Shown piece after piece: positions 29,506-40,458 of a DNA stretch of 64,000 nucleotides (its first letter is position 1; the number at the start of each line of letters is the position of its first letter). A model generated the notes under the pieces. The model was not told the origin of the DNA. It saw only the letters and a list, made by a program, of their open reading frames with translations, and did not search any database. The position numbers were made by a program, and so were the translations under genes. The stretch is from positions 76,752 to 140,751 of the forward strand of contig NZ_JAPNJX010000001.1 in assembly GCF_026626685.1 (NCBI RefSeq). The letters run 5' to 3'. This stretch comes from Nannocystis sp. SCPEA4 (GTDB lineage Bacteria; Myxococcota_A; Polyangia; Nannocystales; Nannocystaceae).

Positions 29506-31191
29506 GTGAACACGCCGCTCTCGATCAAGCACTGCTACGCCGGCCGCCACGTCCTGCTCACCGGCGTCACCGGCTTCCTCGGCAAGGTGTGGCTGGCGAT
29601 GGTGCTGCAGCACGTGCCCGAGATCGGCAAGATCTACGTGCTCACCCGCAAGAAGGCGCTGCGCCCGGCGGCCGACCGGTTCGAGCGCCAGGTCCAGACC
29701 TCGCCGTGCTTCCGCCCGCTGCACGAGAAGTACGGCGCCGACATGAGCCGCTTCATCAGCGAGCGGGTCGAGGTCGTCTCCGGCGACGTCTCGCTGCCCG
29801 ACATGGGCGTCGAGGACCCCGAGGTGCTCGCCCGCCTGCGCCGCGACATCGACCTCGTGGTCAACTGCGCCGGCCTCGTCGACTTCGACCCCGACCTGCG
29901 CGACGCCATGACGACCAACGTCGAGGGCGCCCGCAACGCCGCCAACTTCGTCGCCGCCTGCGACAAGGCCGTCCTCCTCCACATCTCGACCTGCTACGTC
30001 ACCGGCAAGAAGAACGGCAAGATCGGGGAGGACATCCGCCCCGACCTCGCGCCCAGCGGCGACGCCTTCGACGTCGAGGCCGAGAGCGCCGACATCCAGA
30101 CCAGCATCGACGCCATCCTCGCCGAGCACGAGTCGCCCGAGATGGACCGGCGCGCCCAGGACGACGCGATCAAGCAGATCCGCGAGAAGGGCGGCGACGA
30201 GAACAACGCGATGCTGGTGCGCAACACCGCCCGCCGGATCAAGCGCAACCTGCTCAAGGACGCGATGGTCGCCGAGGGCCAGCGCCGCGCCGGCCGCTGG
30301 GGCTTCACCAACATCTACACCTTCACCAAGAACATGGCCGAGGCGTGGATCGCCCGCCGCCTCGATCCTGGCCGCTGGGCCATGTTCCGCCCGGCCATCG
30401 TCGAGAGCTCGATGAGCTACCCGTTCCCCGGGTGGAACCAGGGCTTCAACACCTGCGGCCCGCTGAGCTACGCGCTCGGCAGCTGGTTCCGCCACCTGCC
30501 GTGCAAGAAGGGCAACCCCTTCGACATCATCCCGGTCGACTACGTCTGCCGCGGCATGACCGTCGCCGGCGCCGCGCTCATGCGGGGCGAGCACGCGCCC
30601 GTCTACCAGTGCGGCAGCTCCGACCTCAACCTGCTGACCATCGACCGCGCCGTCGAGCTGGTCGCGCTGGCCCACCGCAAGCACCTGCGCACCCGCGGCG
30701 ACACCACCCTCGACCGCGTCGTCAAGTCGCGCTGGGACGCCATCGCCGTCACGCCCGACCACCCGATGCGGATCGAGAACGTGCGCAAGATGACCGAGTC
30801 GGTCGACGAGTGGCTGCGCGACCCGCCGAAGGAGTGGCCGGAGTTCATCCGCCGCCGGCTCACCGACTTCGCCGAGCACACCGAGGACGCGCTCGAGGCG
30901 ATCGACAAGATCGAGCGCATGTGCGAGCTCTACCTGCCGTTCATCCACGACAACCACTTCGCGTTCTACACGCGCAACCTGCTGCGCCACCCCGTGGTCG
31001 AGCCCGAGTGGGACTGCGACCCGCGCAGCATCGACTGGCGCCACTACTGGATCGACGTGCACATCCCCGGGCTGCGCAAGTGGTGCTTCCCGCTGTTCGA
31101 GAACAAGACCCCCGAGAGCTACTCCCCGCGCCACCCCTTCCGCCTGCGCTCGCCCGAGGCCGCGCCCGCGCCCCACGCCGAGGTCGTCTGA
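29506..31191 (+). CDS. Fatty acyl-CoA reductase (alcohol-forming FAR; NAD_binding_4 + FAR_C)
   Basis: [11 protein letters not shown] Rossmann motif, YTFTK catalytic motif, and a C-terminal sterile/FAR_C domain. GTG start with GGAGGA RBS. Confidence 0.85.
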   Translation: MNTPLSIKHCYAGRHVLLTGVTGFLGKVWLAMVLQHVPEIGKIYVLTRKKALRPAADRFERQVQTSPCFRPLHEKYGADMSRFISERVEVVSGDVSLPDMGVEDPEVLARLRRDIDLVVNCAGLVDFDPDLRDAMTTNVEGARNAANFVAACDKAVLLHISTCYVTGKKNGKIGEDIRPDLAPSGDAFDVEAESADIQTSIDAILAEHESPEMDRRAQDDAIKQIREKGGDENNAMLVRNTARRIKRNLLKDAMVAEGQRRAGRWGFTNIYTFTKNMAEAWIARRLDPGRWAMFRPAIVESSMSYPFPGWNQGFNTCGPLSYALGSWFRHLPCKKGNPFDIIPVDYVCRGMTVAGAALMRGEHAPVYQCGSSDLNLLTIDRAVELVALAHRKHLRTRGDTTLDRVVKSRWDAIAVTPDHPMRIENVRKMTESVDEWLRDPPKEWPEFIRRRLTDFAEHTEDALEAIDKIERMCELYLPFIHDNHFAFYTRNLLRHPVVEPEWDCDPRSIDWRHYWIDVHIPGLRKWCFPLFENKTPESYSPRHPFRLRSPEAAPAPHAEVV

Positions 31192-31195
31192 CACC

Positions 31196-32341
31196 ATGGC
31201 CATCTTCCTCACCGGAGCCACCGGATACATCGGCTCGTACGTCGCCGCCGGCCTGCTCGACGAGCACCCGAACGAGCGGCTCGCCCTGCTCGTGCGCGCC
31301 AAGGATCCCGCCGAGGCCGAGCAGCGGCTGTGGAAGTCCATGCAGCTGCACATGGACTTCCCGCGCTTCCTCGACCTCGTCCGCACCCGCTGCGACCTCT
31401 ACCTCGGCGACCTGACCTTCCCCGGCCTCGGCCTCGAGGCCGGCGCGCGCGAGAAGCTGGTCCGCACCATGGACTCGGTCATCCACTGCGCCGCGTCGCT
31501 CAACCGCAAGTCGTCGAAGGCCTGCTTCAACGTCAACCTGCGCGGCACCCTGAGCGTCCTCAAGCTCGCGCGCGACGCCCAGGACCAGCACGGCCTGCGC
31601 CGCTTCACCGACATCAGCACGGTCGCGGTCTCCGGCGAGCGCAAGAGCGAGGTCGTCACCGAGGACAACACCGTCGACTGGGACAAGTCCGACTACGACC
31701 CGTACGCGCGGACCAAGAAGTTCTGCGAGCACATGCTGCACGAGCTCCTGCCCGACGTCCCGGGCCTCGTGCTGCGGCCCTCGATCGTCCTCGGCGACAG
31801 CCGCTTCCCCGAGACCACCCAGTTCGACATGGTGCGGGCGTTCGTCATGCTCGCCAAGCTGCCGATCTTGCCGTTCCACCCCGACTGGCGGCTCGACATC
31901 GTCCCGGTCGACTACGTCGCCAAGGCGATCGTCACCCTGCACCAGCGCGACAAGCTGCCGCACGACGCCTACAGCCTCAGCTCCGGCACCGCCTCGCTCA
32001 CCTACCGCCAGGTCGTCGACGCCATGCGGCGCGCCGGCCACCCGGTCAAGCACCGCTTCGTCCCCGGCCTCAACGGCGCGTTCAACCGCGTCGTCGAGAC
32101 CGCCTCCAACACCCCGCGCAACTGGGGCGTCTCGCTCCCGGCCTCGCTGCTCAAGGTGTTCCTGCCCTACCTCACCTTCGACACCGTGTTCGACAACCGC
32201 CGGGTCGTCGACGCCCTCGGCGAGGCGCCCGCCTCGTTCGATCGCTACGCCTACGGGCTCTACCGCTTCGCGGTCGACCACAACTTCAGCTACCCGTACA
32301 AGCCCTGGCCCGGCGGCGCGCAGGTGCGGCAGGTGGCCTAG
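31196..32341 (+). CDS. NAD(P)-binding reductase of the NAD_binding_4 / thioester-reductase type
   Basis: LTGATGYIG and YARTK motifs; 381 aa; lacks the FAR_C domain. Confidence 0.7.
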   Translation: MAIFLTGATGYIGSYVAAGLLDEHPNERLALLVRAKDPAEAEQRLWKSMQLHMDFPRFLDLVRTRCDLYLGDLTFPGLGLEAGAREKLVRTMDSVIHCAASLNRKSSKACFNVNLRGTLSVLKLARDAQDQHGLRRFTDISTVAVSGERKSEVVTEDNTVDWDKSDYDPYARTKKFCEHMLHELLPDVPGLVLRPSIVLGDSRFPETTQFDMVRAFVMLAKLPILPFHPDWRLDIVPVDYVAKAIVTLHQRDKLPHDAYSLSSGTASLTYRQVVDAMRRAGHPVKHRFVPGLNGAFNRVVETASNTPRNWGVSLPASLLKVFLPYLTFDTVFDNRRVVDALGEAPASFDRYAYGLYRFAVDHNFSYPYKPWPGGAQVRQVA

Positions 32342-32351
32342 CCCTTCGAAC

Positions 32352-33833
32352 ATGTCCAAGAGCGCACCCGTCAAGAAGACCACCAGCAAGATCTGGGACA
32401 AGGTCAAGGAGGTCGTCGACCCCGACCGCGCCCTCCAGGCCACCGTCGCCGCCGCGATCGAGGGCGTCGCCGTGCGCCACGTGCTCGGCATGTCGCCGGA
32501 GACGTGGAAGCCGGGCAAGCCGCTCAAGCTGCTGCTGGCCGGCTACGTCGGCACGCGCAACACCGGCGCCGACGTCCGCGTCGAGGAGATGATCCGCCAG
32601 CTGCGCCACGTCGTCGGCGACGACGACCTCGAGCTGACGATCATGACCGTCGATCCCAAGCTGACGCGCGGCTACTTCCGCGCCGTCCACCAGATCGAGC
32701 TGCCGGCGGTGTTCCCCAAGTTCATCGCCCAGGAGTGCCCCAAGCACCACGGCGTCATCGCTTGCGAGGGCTCGATGTTCAAGTCGAAGTTCTCGAGCGC
32801 GCTGACCTGCTTCATGGCCGGCTCGCTCGGCCTCGCCAACGCCGAGAACAAGATCAGCGTCGGCTACGGCGCCGAGGCCGGCAGCATGACCCCGGGGCTG
32901 CGTGACTTCGTGCGCGACGCCTGCAAGAAGTCGCTGGTCATCTGCCGCAACGAGCCCTCGCGCCAGGTCCTGGGCGAGCTCGGGATCCGCACCACCTCCG
33001 GGGCCGACACCGCCTGGACCTTCGATCCCGCGCCGCTGTCGCGCGGCGCTCAGCTGCTGCGCGAGGCCGGCTGGGACGGCCGCCAGAAGGTCCTGGTCGT
33101 CTGCCCGATCAACCCGTTCTGGTGGCCGGTCAAGCCCGACCTGCTCAAGTACGCCGCCTACAAGCTCGGCGGTCAGTACAAGCACGAGCACTACAGCGCC
33201 TTCTACTTCCACCACCACAGCGAGGCGGCGGAGAAGAAGTACAACAACTACATCCAGGCCCTGGCCGACGGCGTCAACGCCTTCGCGCAGGAGCGCGAGT
33301 TCTTCACCATCCTCGTCGGCATGGAGCAGCTCGACCGCCACGCCTGCGAGGACCTGCAGCCGCGACTCGACCGCGGCGGCGTGCTGTTCGTCAGCGACGA
33401 GCACGACATGTTCGACCTCGTCAGCGTGCTGCGCAATTGCAGCATGATGGTGAGCTCTCGCTTCCACGCGATCGTCACCTCGATGCCGGGCCTCGTGCCC
33501 TCGGCCGGCGTCACCATGGACGAGCGGATCCGTAACCTCATGAACGATCGCGGCCATCCGGACATGTTCTTCGAGGTCGACGAGGACGACCTCGGCGAGA
33601 AGCTGCTGCACACCCTGCGCCGGCTGTGGCGCGACGCCGACGGCATCAGCGCCGACATCGCCCGCGCCGTCCCGGCCCAGCTCAAGCTCATGGGCCAGAT
33701 GGGCATCGACTTCATGGACGAGGTCGTGCGCGTCTATCCCCAGTTCCCGCGGCGCGACCTCCCGCGCACCTGGGACGCTCACCTGCCGCCGCTGCCGGCC
33801 AACGTGCAGCGCCTGCTGGAGCGCCACGCATGA
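32352..33833 (+). CDS. Polysaccharide pyruvyl transferase-family protein (CsaB/WcaK-like fold)
   Basis: N-terminal LKLLLAGYVGTRNTGADVRVEEMIRQLR and C-terminal SSRFHAIVTSMPGLVPS motifs. The ATG sits inside a GAACATGTCC motif. Confidence 0.6.
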   Translation: MSKSAPVKKTTSKIWDKVKEVVDPDRALQATVAAAIEGVAVRHVLGMSPETWKPGKPLKLLLAGYVGTRNTGADVRVEEMIRQLRHVVGDDDLELTIMTVDPKLTRGYFRAVHQIELPAVFPKFIAQECPKHHGVIACEGSMFKSKFSSALTCFMAGSLGLANAENKISVGYGAEAGSMTPGLRDFVRDACKKSLVICRNEPSRQVLGELGIRTTSGADTAWTFDPAPLSRGAQLLREAGWDGRQKVLVVCPINPFWWPVKPDLLKYAAYKLGGQYKHEHYSAFYFHHHSEAAEKKYNNYIQALADGVNAFAQEREFFTILVGMEQLDRHACEDLQPRLDRGGVLFVSDEHDMFDLVSVLRNCSMMVSSRFHAIVTSMPGLVPSAGVTMDERIRNLMNDRGHPDMFFEVDEDDLGEKLLHTLRRLWRDADGISADIARAVPAQLKLMGQMGIDFMDEVVRVYPQFPRRDLPRTWDAHLPPLPANVQRLLERHA

Positions 33834-35464
33834 GCGACAACTTCCTCGACGTCATCCACGCCGCGGTCCAGAAGACCCGCGAGGATCACCTGCTCATCGA
33901 GCTCCACGGCAAGGAGCGGCGCCCGACCTCGGCCGCGCAGCTGCTGCACCTCGTCGCCCACGCGCGCGGCTTCCTCCGCCGCGCCGGCGTCAAGCCCGGC
34001 GACCGCGTCGCCCTGCTCGCCCCCAACTCCGCGCGGTGGGTCGCGGCTGACCTTTCGATCCTGTTCGAAGGTGCGATCGTCGTCCCCCTCTACAGCCGCC
34101 AGGACCCGCGCGAGCTGGCCGTCATGGTCAAGGACTGCAGCCCGGTGCTCGTCATCGCCGACGGCCCCGAGCTCGCCGCCGGCCTGCGCGGCGCCTGGCC
34201 CGAGCACTGCCCAATCGAGGACCTGCGCGACGTCCTCCGCGGCGATCCGGTGCACGAGCCGCCGCGCCCGGTCGCGCCCGCCGATCCGGTCACGATCATC
34301 TACACCTCCGGCACCAGCGGCGAGCCCAAGGGCGTCGTCCTCACCCGCGCCAACGTCGACTACATGCTGCCGCAGACCCGCAGCAGCGTCGACAAGATCA
34401 CCGGCGGGCAGCGGGCCGACAAGGTGTTCCACTTCCTGCCGTTCTGCTTCGCCGGCTCGCGCATCATGCTGTGGACGCAGCTGTACCGCGGCAACCCGCT
34501 GCTGCTGTCGACCGACCTGCAGAACCTCGTCGCCGAGATGGGCGCCGCCGATCCGCACTACTACCTCAACGTCCCCGCCGTGCTCGAGCGGATCAAGAAC
34601 GGCGTCGGCAAGAAGATCGCGGAGCGCGGCGGCGTCGCCCTCGCCCTCTACCAGCGCGGCCAGGCCGCCTTCCGCCGCCAGCGCGAAGGCAAAGCTGGCC
34701 TTGCGGACAGGCTCACCCTCGCCCTCGCCAAGAGGCTCGTCTTCAGCAAGATCAAGCAGCAGGTCGGGCCCAGCCTCGAGTTCCTGATCTGCGGCTCGGC
34801 CGCGCTCGCCGAAGAGACCCAGTGGTGGTTCGAGCTGATCGGCGTGCAGGTCTACCAGGTCTACGGCCTGACCGAGACCACCGCGATCGTCACCATGGAC
34901 ACCCCCGGCGGCGTGCGCCCCGGCTACGTCGGCCACGCCATCGGCGGCTGCGAGCTCAAGCTCAGCGACGAGGGCGAGCTGCTGGTGCGCGGCCCGGGCA
35001 TCTTCGCCGGCTACTGGAAGCGCGAGCAGGCCACCGCCGAGGCCATCCGCGACGGCTGGTTCCACACCGGCGACCAGTGCGAGCTCGACCACACCGGCAA
35101 CCTGCGGATCATCGGTCGCGTCAAGAACATCCTCGTCCCCGAGTCGGGCCACAACATCGCCCCCGAGCCGATCGAGGAGAAGTTCATGACCGCCTGTCCG
35201 CGCGCCGAGCAGTGCATGCTCGTCGGCCACGCGCGCCCCTTCCTCGGCATCATCGTCCCTGGCGACGTCCCGAAGGAGGACATCGACGCCGCGCTCGAGG
35301 TCGTCAACGCCAGCGTCCCGCACTACAAGAAGATCCGCGCCTTCATCCGCGTCGCCGACCCGTTCACCATCGAGAACGGCCTCCTCACCGCCAACCAGAA
35401 GCTGCGGCGCCGCGCCGTCGAGCAGCGCTACCGCGCCGAGATCGACAGGGCCTACGCGTCATGA
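33830..35464 (+). CDS. Long-chain acyl-CoA synthetase (AMP-dependent ligase)
   Basis: YTSGTSGEPKG, YGLTET and GWFHTGD motifs. Start overlaps the upstream stop (ATGA). Confidence 0.85.
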   Translation: MSDNFLDVIHAAVQKTREDHLLIELHGKERRPTSAAQLLHLVAHARGFLRRAGVKPGDRVALLAPNSARWVAADLSILFEGAIVVPLYSRQDPRELAVMVKDCSPVLVIADGPELAAGLRGAWPEHCPIEDLRDVLRGDPVHEPPRPVAPADPVTIIYTSGTSGEPKGVVLTRANVDYMLPQTRSSVDKITGGQRADKVFHFLPFCFAGSRIMLWTQLYRGNPLLLSTDLQNLVAEMGAADPHYYLNVPAVLERIKNGVGKKIAERGGVALALYQRGQAAFRRQREGKAGLADRLTLALAKRLVFSKIKQQVGPSLEFLICGSAALAEETQWWFELIGVQVYQVYGLTETTAIVTMDTPGGVRPGYVGHAIGGCELKLSDEGELLVRGPGIFAGYWKREQATAEAIRDGWFHTGDQCELDHTGNLRIIGRVKNILVPESGHNIAPEPIEEKFMTACPRAEQCMLVGHARPFLGIIVPGDVPKEDIDAALEVVNASVPHYKKIRAFIRVADPFTIENGLLTANQKLRRRAVEQRYRAEIDRAYAS

Positions 35465-36234
35465 TCGACTGGACCTACGACAGCGGCGTCTACGAGCTCA
35501 CCCTCGCCACGCCGCCCTGCAACGAGATCGGCACGGCGATGCTCGCCGATCTGCGCCGCTTCATCGACCAGATCGATCGCGACGCCCACACCCTCATCCT
35601 CCGCAGCGGCCTGCGCCAGGGCTTCTGCGCCGGCGCCGACCTGCGCGAGCTCTACCGCGGCCTGTGCGACGCCCCCGCCGAGCAGCACGGCCCGCAGATC
35701 CGCAAGTTCATCGACGAGATCCACGGCGTCATGGACGACCTCGACATGCTGCCGCTGACCACCGTCGGCGTCGTCCACGGCGTCTGCTTCGGCGGCGGCT
35801 TCGAGCTCGCGCTCACCTGCGACGTCCTGATCGCCGAGAAGTCGGCCCGCTTCTGCTTCCCCGAGCTGCGCCTCGGCATCATCCCCGGCTTCGGCGGGAT
35901 CCCGCGCCTGCGCCGCGACGTCGGCAACGGCCTCATCCGCGACCTCCTGCTCAGCGGCCGCAGCATCAACGCCAAGAAGGCCCAGGCCGCCGGCCTCGTC
36001 AGCCAGGTCGTCGCCGGCGGCGAGGGCATCACCGCCGCGCGCGCCCTCGCGGCCCAGACCGCCAAGTTCGATCCGACGGCGCGCAAGGCCGCCAAGGCCT
36101 TCATCAAGAAGCTCCCGACCGACGAGCTCGTCGCCGAGCGCGAGCTGTTCGTCCGCCTGGCCCAGGGACCCGCGCTGCTGGCCGCCCTCAAGCGCTTCGT
36201 CGAATCCACCGACCTGCGGCCCTACCTGCCATGA
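35461..36234 (+). CDS. Enoyl-CoA hydratase/isomerase (crotonase fold)
   Basis: Crotonase motifs GFCAGADL and GGGFELALTCD. ATGA overlap with the upstream gene. Confidence 0.85.
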   Translation: MIDWTYDSGVYELTLATPPCNEIGTAMLADLRRFIDQIDRDAHTLILRSGLRQGFCAGADLRELYRGLCDAPAEQHGPQIRKFIDEIHGVMDDLDMLPLTTVGVVHGVCFGGGFELALTCDVLIAEKSARFCFPELRLGIIPGFGGIPRLRRDVGNGLIRDLLLSGRSINAKKAQAAGLVSQVVAGGEGITAARALAAQTAKFDPTARKAAKAFIKKLPTDELVAERELFVRLAQGPALLAALKRFVESTDLRPYLP

Positions 36235-36261
36235 GCCTCCTCGTTCCACACCAGCGCGGAG

Positions 36262-36597
36262 CCTCGAGCTGCGACGCATCTCTTGTTCCGCATTGGCGCG
36301 GGACCTCGAGCTGCGACTCGTCTCTTGTTTCGCGCGGGCGCGGGGCCTCGAGCTGCGACACATCTCTTGGTCCGCATTGGCGCGGGGCCTCGAGCTGCGA
36401 CGCATCTCTTGGTCCGCATTGGCGCGGGGCCTCGAGCTGCGACGCATCTCTTGGTCCGCATTGGCGCGGGGCCTCGAGCTGCGACGCATCTCTTGGTCCG
36501 CATTGGCGCGGAACCTCGAGCTGCGGCTCGTCTCTTGTTCCGCGCCGGTGCGGGGCCTCGAGCTGCGCCTCGTCTCTTGTTCCGCGCTGGCGCGGGG
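36262..36597. repeat. 42-bp minisatellite x8 (cctcgagctgcgacgcatctcttggtccgcattggcgcgggg), non-coding
   Basis: Eight head-to-tail units, the central four identical. The periodic ORFs on both strands are repeat artefacts. Confidence 0.8.
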
Positions 36598-36879
36598 CCA
36601 CGGAGACCCGGGGGGGTCGGCCCGGGCGCGGCGGAGCGGGTCCCTCGCTACGCGAGACCTGCCATGCCAGGTGCTCGCCGGCGATGTTTTGCTCTCCGCT
36701 TTCCGAAGGTTCTCTCGCCGTCTGCGCGCCAGGCATGGGGCCCCTCGCTGCGTCCCACTCCGCCGCGCCCGGGCCGACCCAGAAGATCCTCGAGCGGCCC
36801 CGCTCATCCCCGCGCGGCTGTCCCTTCGGTCCTGCTTCCAGGAACCTGTCTGAACGAGCAGGAGTGACGCTCTCCGTCT

Positions 36880-37560
36880 CTCGACAAGCGGTACCCCTCA
36901 CGCCCTCCGTTCTCTCGTTCGAAGCGACCATCTCCGCCTCACGACAAGCAGGGCCCGCCACGACCTCCTCGCGCGAAGCGACCATCTCCGCCTCACGACA
37001 AGCGGGGCCCGCCACTGCCTCCGCTCTCTCGCTCGAAGCGACCATCTCCGCCTCACGGCAAGCGGGGCCCGCCACGGCCTCCGCTCTCTCGCGCGAAGCG
37101 GTCATCTCCGCCTCACGACAAGCGGGGCCCACCACAATCTTCTGGGGCGGCCTCGCGGCGGCGGAGTGGGACGCAGCGAGGGGCCCCATGCCTCACGCGC
37201 AGACGCGGGATCAATCCTCGGACATGCCCCATCGCCCTTCCGCGTCGAGCATGTGGCATGGCAGGTCTCGCGTCGCGAGGGACCCGCTCCGCCGCCGCGA
37301 GGCCGCCCCTCCCCGCTCCCCACGGCCCCGCGTCTCCGCACACGCGATTCCCGATGCCTCTCGCCTGAGCCGCTCCCCACGGCCCCGCGTCCCCGCGCAC
37401 GCGATCCGAGACGACTCTCGCCTGAGCCGCTCCTCACGGCCCCGCGTCCCCGCGCACGTGCTCTTCGACGCGTCTCGCCCGAGCCGCCCGAGCAGCCCCG
37501 CGTCCGAGCACGCCTGATTCCCGTCCCGACAGCAGAAGCCCGCAGAACATTGAGAGCAAA
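36880..37560. repeat. Dispersed composite repeat, copy B: ~60-bp unit x4.5 (36885-37140), shared core (37100-37330), second ~58-bp unit x3 (37330-37500)
   Basis: ~95% identity to 505-577 plus 1888-2050. Both tandem blocks are collapsed to one unit in copy A. Contains the GGACATGCCCCAT motif. Confidence 0.75.
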
Positions 37561-37564
37561 TCCG

Positions 37565-37798
37565 ATGAGCGACACTCTCGACACACTCATCCGTCTCGCC
37601 GCCAAGCGCTTCGGCGCCGATCCGGCCAAGCTCCGCGCCGAGGACGACCTGTTCGAGCGCCTGGGCATCGACAGTTTTCAGGCCGTCGAGCTCATCTCGG
37701 ACGTCGAGGACGAGTTCGACGTCGAGCTGCCCGACTACGAGCTTCAGGGGATCAAGACCTTCGCTGCTCTGGCGCAGAAGATCGACGCGAGGCGCTAG
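37565..37798 (+). CDS. Acyl carrier protein
   Basis: 77 aa; LGIDSFQAVEL phosphopantetheine-attachment motif. Confidence 0.85.
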   Translation: MSDTLDTLIRLAAKRFGADPAKLRAEDDLFERLGIDSFQAVELISDVEDEFDVELPDYELQGIKTFAALAQKIDARR

Positions 37799-39514
37799 AT
37801 GCTCGACCTGGGAAAGCTGTCCTGCCTGGGCGAGGCGCTGCGTGACGCCACCATCACGTACAAGAGCCGCGTCGCGCTGATCGAGGCCGATCGGCACCGC
37901 GAGAATTCGCGCCACACCTTCGCCGAGCTGCGGGCGCAGGCCGAGCGGTTCGGGGCTGGCCTGCAGGTTCACGGGTTCGGACCTGGCGATCGCTGTGCGA
38001 TCGTCATGCAGAATCAGTCGAAGTGGCTCATCGGCGCCACCGGGGCCTTGTGGGCCGGCGCCGTCCTCGTCCCCATCGACTACAAGTTGACCGCGCCCGA
38101 GCAGCACGCCTTGCTCGCGCACTGTCGGCCGCGGGTCGTGCTCGCGGAGTGGCCGGCGTGGGACAAGCTGCAGCGCGAGGATCCCTCGATCTTCGAGCGC
38201 ACCCTCGTCATCGTCACCGAGGCGCCCGACGGGGCCAACATCGGCCGGGCGCTGCGCTGGGAGGACCTGCCCCAGGGGTCAGGTTTCACCTTTCACGCGC
38301 GAGCGCGCGAGGACGTCGCCTGCATCGTCTACTCCTCGGGCACCGGCGGAGCGGCCAAGGGTTGCCAGCTCTCGCACGCCAACTACATGGCGCAGGCCGA
38401 GACGCTCGGCAACCTCTACCCGCTGAGCGAGGGTGATCGATACTTCTCGATCCTCCCGACCAACCACGCCATCGACTTCATGTGCGGCTTCTTGCTCGCG
38501 CTGATGATGGGCGGCGCCGTCGTCCACCAGCGGACCTTGAGGCCGGCCTATCTGGCCAGCACCATGAAGCGATACGGCATCACGCACATGGCGCTGGTGC
38601 CGACGATCCTCAAGACCCTCGAGAAGAAGATCAAGGACAAGATCGCCGAGCTGCCGAAGTGGCAGCGGCTCGTGCTCGACGGGCTCATGGACATCAACGA
38701 GTACGCCACCCGGCAGGCGCCGAACCACGGGCTGAGCAAGACCTTGCTGGCCCCGATCCACGAGTATTTCGGCGGCAAGCTGCGGCTCATGTTCTGCGGC
38801 GGCGCCTTCGTCGACCGCCAGAGCGCCGAGTACTTCAACCGGCTCGGGCTGCCGGTCGTCATCGGCTACGGCCTCACCGAGGCCGGCACCGTCCTCACCG
38901 TCAACGACCTCAAGCCGTTCCGCGGCGACAGCGTCGGCAAGGCGGTCGAGGGCACCGAGATCGAGCTGCGCGACGTCAACGAGAGCGGCGTCGGCGAGGT
39001 GTGGGTGCGGGGCCCCACCGTCATGTTGGGTTATCTCGACGCGCCCGAGCTGACGCGCGAGGCGATCGTCGATGGTTGGCTGCGGACCGGCGACCTCGGC
39101 ACCATGGACGCTGCCGGGCACCTCAAGCTGCTCGGTCGCACCAAGAACATGATCGTCACCGAGGGCGGCAAGAACGTCTATCCGGAGGACATCGAGGCCG
39201 CCTTCGGCGACATCGACGACTGCGAGGAGTTCTGCGTGTTCGCGGCCAACTTCATCTGGCCGACCGGCAAGATGACCGACGAGCAGCTGATCGTCGTCGT
39301 GCGGCCCAAGGCCGGGCTCGACGAGGCCGCGCGGGCCGACGTCATCGACGCCTTCCGCAAGCGCAACCGCCAGCTCGCCGACTACAAGCGGATCTCCGCC
39401 TACGTCCTGTGGGAGCGCGAGTTCCCGCGCACCGCCTCGCAGAAGATCAAGCGCGACCCTCTCGCCCGCGAGCTCAAGCCGCTCGGCCGCGCCCTCGCCC
39501 TGCGCGAGCTGTAA
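37799..39514 (+). CDS. AMP-dependent synthetase/ligase (acyl-ACP/acyl-CoA synthetase)
   Basis: YSSGTGGAAKG, GYGLTE and GWLRTGD motifs. ATG overlaps the ACP stop. Confidence 0.85.
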   Translation: MLDLGKLSCLGEALRDATITYKSRVALIEADRHRENSRHTFAELRAQAERFGAGLQVHGFGPGDRCAIVMQNQSKWLIGATGALWAGAVLVPIDYKLTAPEQHALLAHCRPRVVLAEWPAWDKLQREDPSIFERTLVIVTEAPDGANIGRALRWEDLPQGSGFTFHARAREDVACIVYSSGTGGAAKGCQLSHANYMAQAETLGNLYPLSEGDRYFSILPTNHAIDFMCGFLLALMMGGAVVHQRTLRPAYLASTMKRYGITHMALVPTILKTLEKKIKDKIAELPKWQRLVLDGLMDINEYATRQAPNHGLSKTLLAPIHEYFGGKLRLMFCGGAFVDRQSAEYFNRLGLPVVIGYGLTEAGTVLTVNDLKPFRGDSVGKAVEGTEIELRDVNESGVGEVWVRGPTVMLGYLDAPELTREAIVDGWLRTGDLGTMDAAGHLKLLGRTKNMIVTEGGKNVYPEDIEAAFGDIDDCEEFCVFAANFIWPTGKMTDEQLIVVVRPKAGLDEAARADVIDAFRKRNRQLADYKRISAYVLWEREFPRTASQKIKRDPLARELKPLGRALALREL

Positions 39515-39544
39515 TCGTCCTCCGGGGCCTGATAGGCTGCACCC

Positions 39545-40453
39545 ATGCACGATCCGGCCGCACTCCTCGCAGTCGTCAATCCAGCCGCCGGCGGCGGCGT
39601 GTGCGGCAAGCGGGCTCCCGCGGCCGTCGAGCGGCTGCGGCAGTCGGGCGTCAAGGTCGACGTCGTCGAGACGAGGGCGCCCGGTCAGGCCACCGACGTC
39701 GCGCGCGAGGCCGTCGCCGCCGGGCGGCGCCACTTCATCGCCGTCGGCGGCGACGGCACCAGCTACGAGCTCATCAACGGTATCTTCTCCGGCGCCTTGC
39801 CCGCGGGCGAGCGGCCCTCGCTCGGCATGCTGCCTCTCGGGACAGGCAACTCCTTCCTGCGCGACTTCACCGACCAGGGCGCCGAGTACGCGATCGAGGC
39901 CATCATCGCCGGCAAGACGCGCCCGTGCGACCTCATCCGCTGCACCCACACGCGCGGCGCCCTGCACTTCATCAACATCTTCAGCATCGGTTTCGTCGCC
40001 GACGTCGGCGCCACCCGCAACCGCAGCTTCTCCGGCCTGGGCGAGTTCGGCTACACCCTGAGCACCGTGCTGCGGGTCGCCGCGCTGCGGCCGTACACCT
40101 TCCCGATGCAGATCGACGGTCAGCCCGAGGATCGGGAGCCGCTGACCTTCCTCTCGTTCAACAACAGCCGCTTCACCGGCGGCAAGATGATGATGGCGCC
40201 CGACGCCAACACGCGCGACGGTCTGCTCGACATCATCCGTGTCGGCCGCCTGGGCCGCGTCGGGCTGCTGCGCACCTTCCCGAAGATCTTCAGCGGCACC
40301 CACGTGCAGCACCCGGCCGTGCGCTGCTATCAGGCCCCTGGCCTCGACCTCCGCCTCGCCGACGACATCGACGTGATGGTCGACGGCGAGATGATCAAGA
40401 TCAACCCGCGGCGGCTGGAGGTCGTCCCGGCCGCGCTCGATGTCCGGACGTGA
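39545..40453 (+). CDS. Lipid kinase of the diacylglycerol-kinase catalytic-domain family (YegS/BmrU-like)
   Basis: GGDGT motif, DAGK_cat fold, ~300 aa. Confidence 0.8.
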   Translation: MHDPAALLAVVNPAAGGGVCGKRAPAAVERLRQSGVKVDVVETRAPGQATDVAREAVAAGRRHFIAVGGDGTSYELINGIFSGALPAGERPSLGMLPLGTGNSFLRDFTDQGAEYAIEAIIAGKTRPCDLIRCTHTRGALHFINIFSIGFVADVGATRNRSFSGLGEFGYTLSTVLRVAALRPYTFPMQIDGQPEDREPLTFLSFNNSRFTGGKMMMAPDANTRDGLLDIIRVGRLGRVGLLRTFPKIFSGTHVQHPAVRCYQAPGLDLRLADDIDVMVDGEMIKINPRRLEVVPAALDVRT

Positions 40454-40458
40454 TCGTC

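Noticed and set aside
36188-37189. ORFs with 14-aa periodic translations (e.g. MRTKRCVAARGPAP x n) across the 42-bp minisatellite and 60-bp repeats
   Set aside because: They arise from in-frame tandem DNA repeats (unit = 42 bp) and are readable on several frames and both strands. There is no start context or family similarity.
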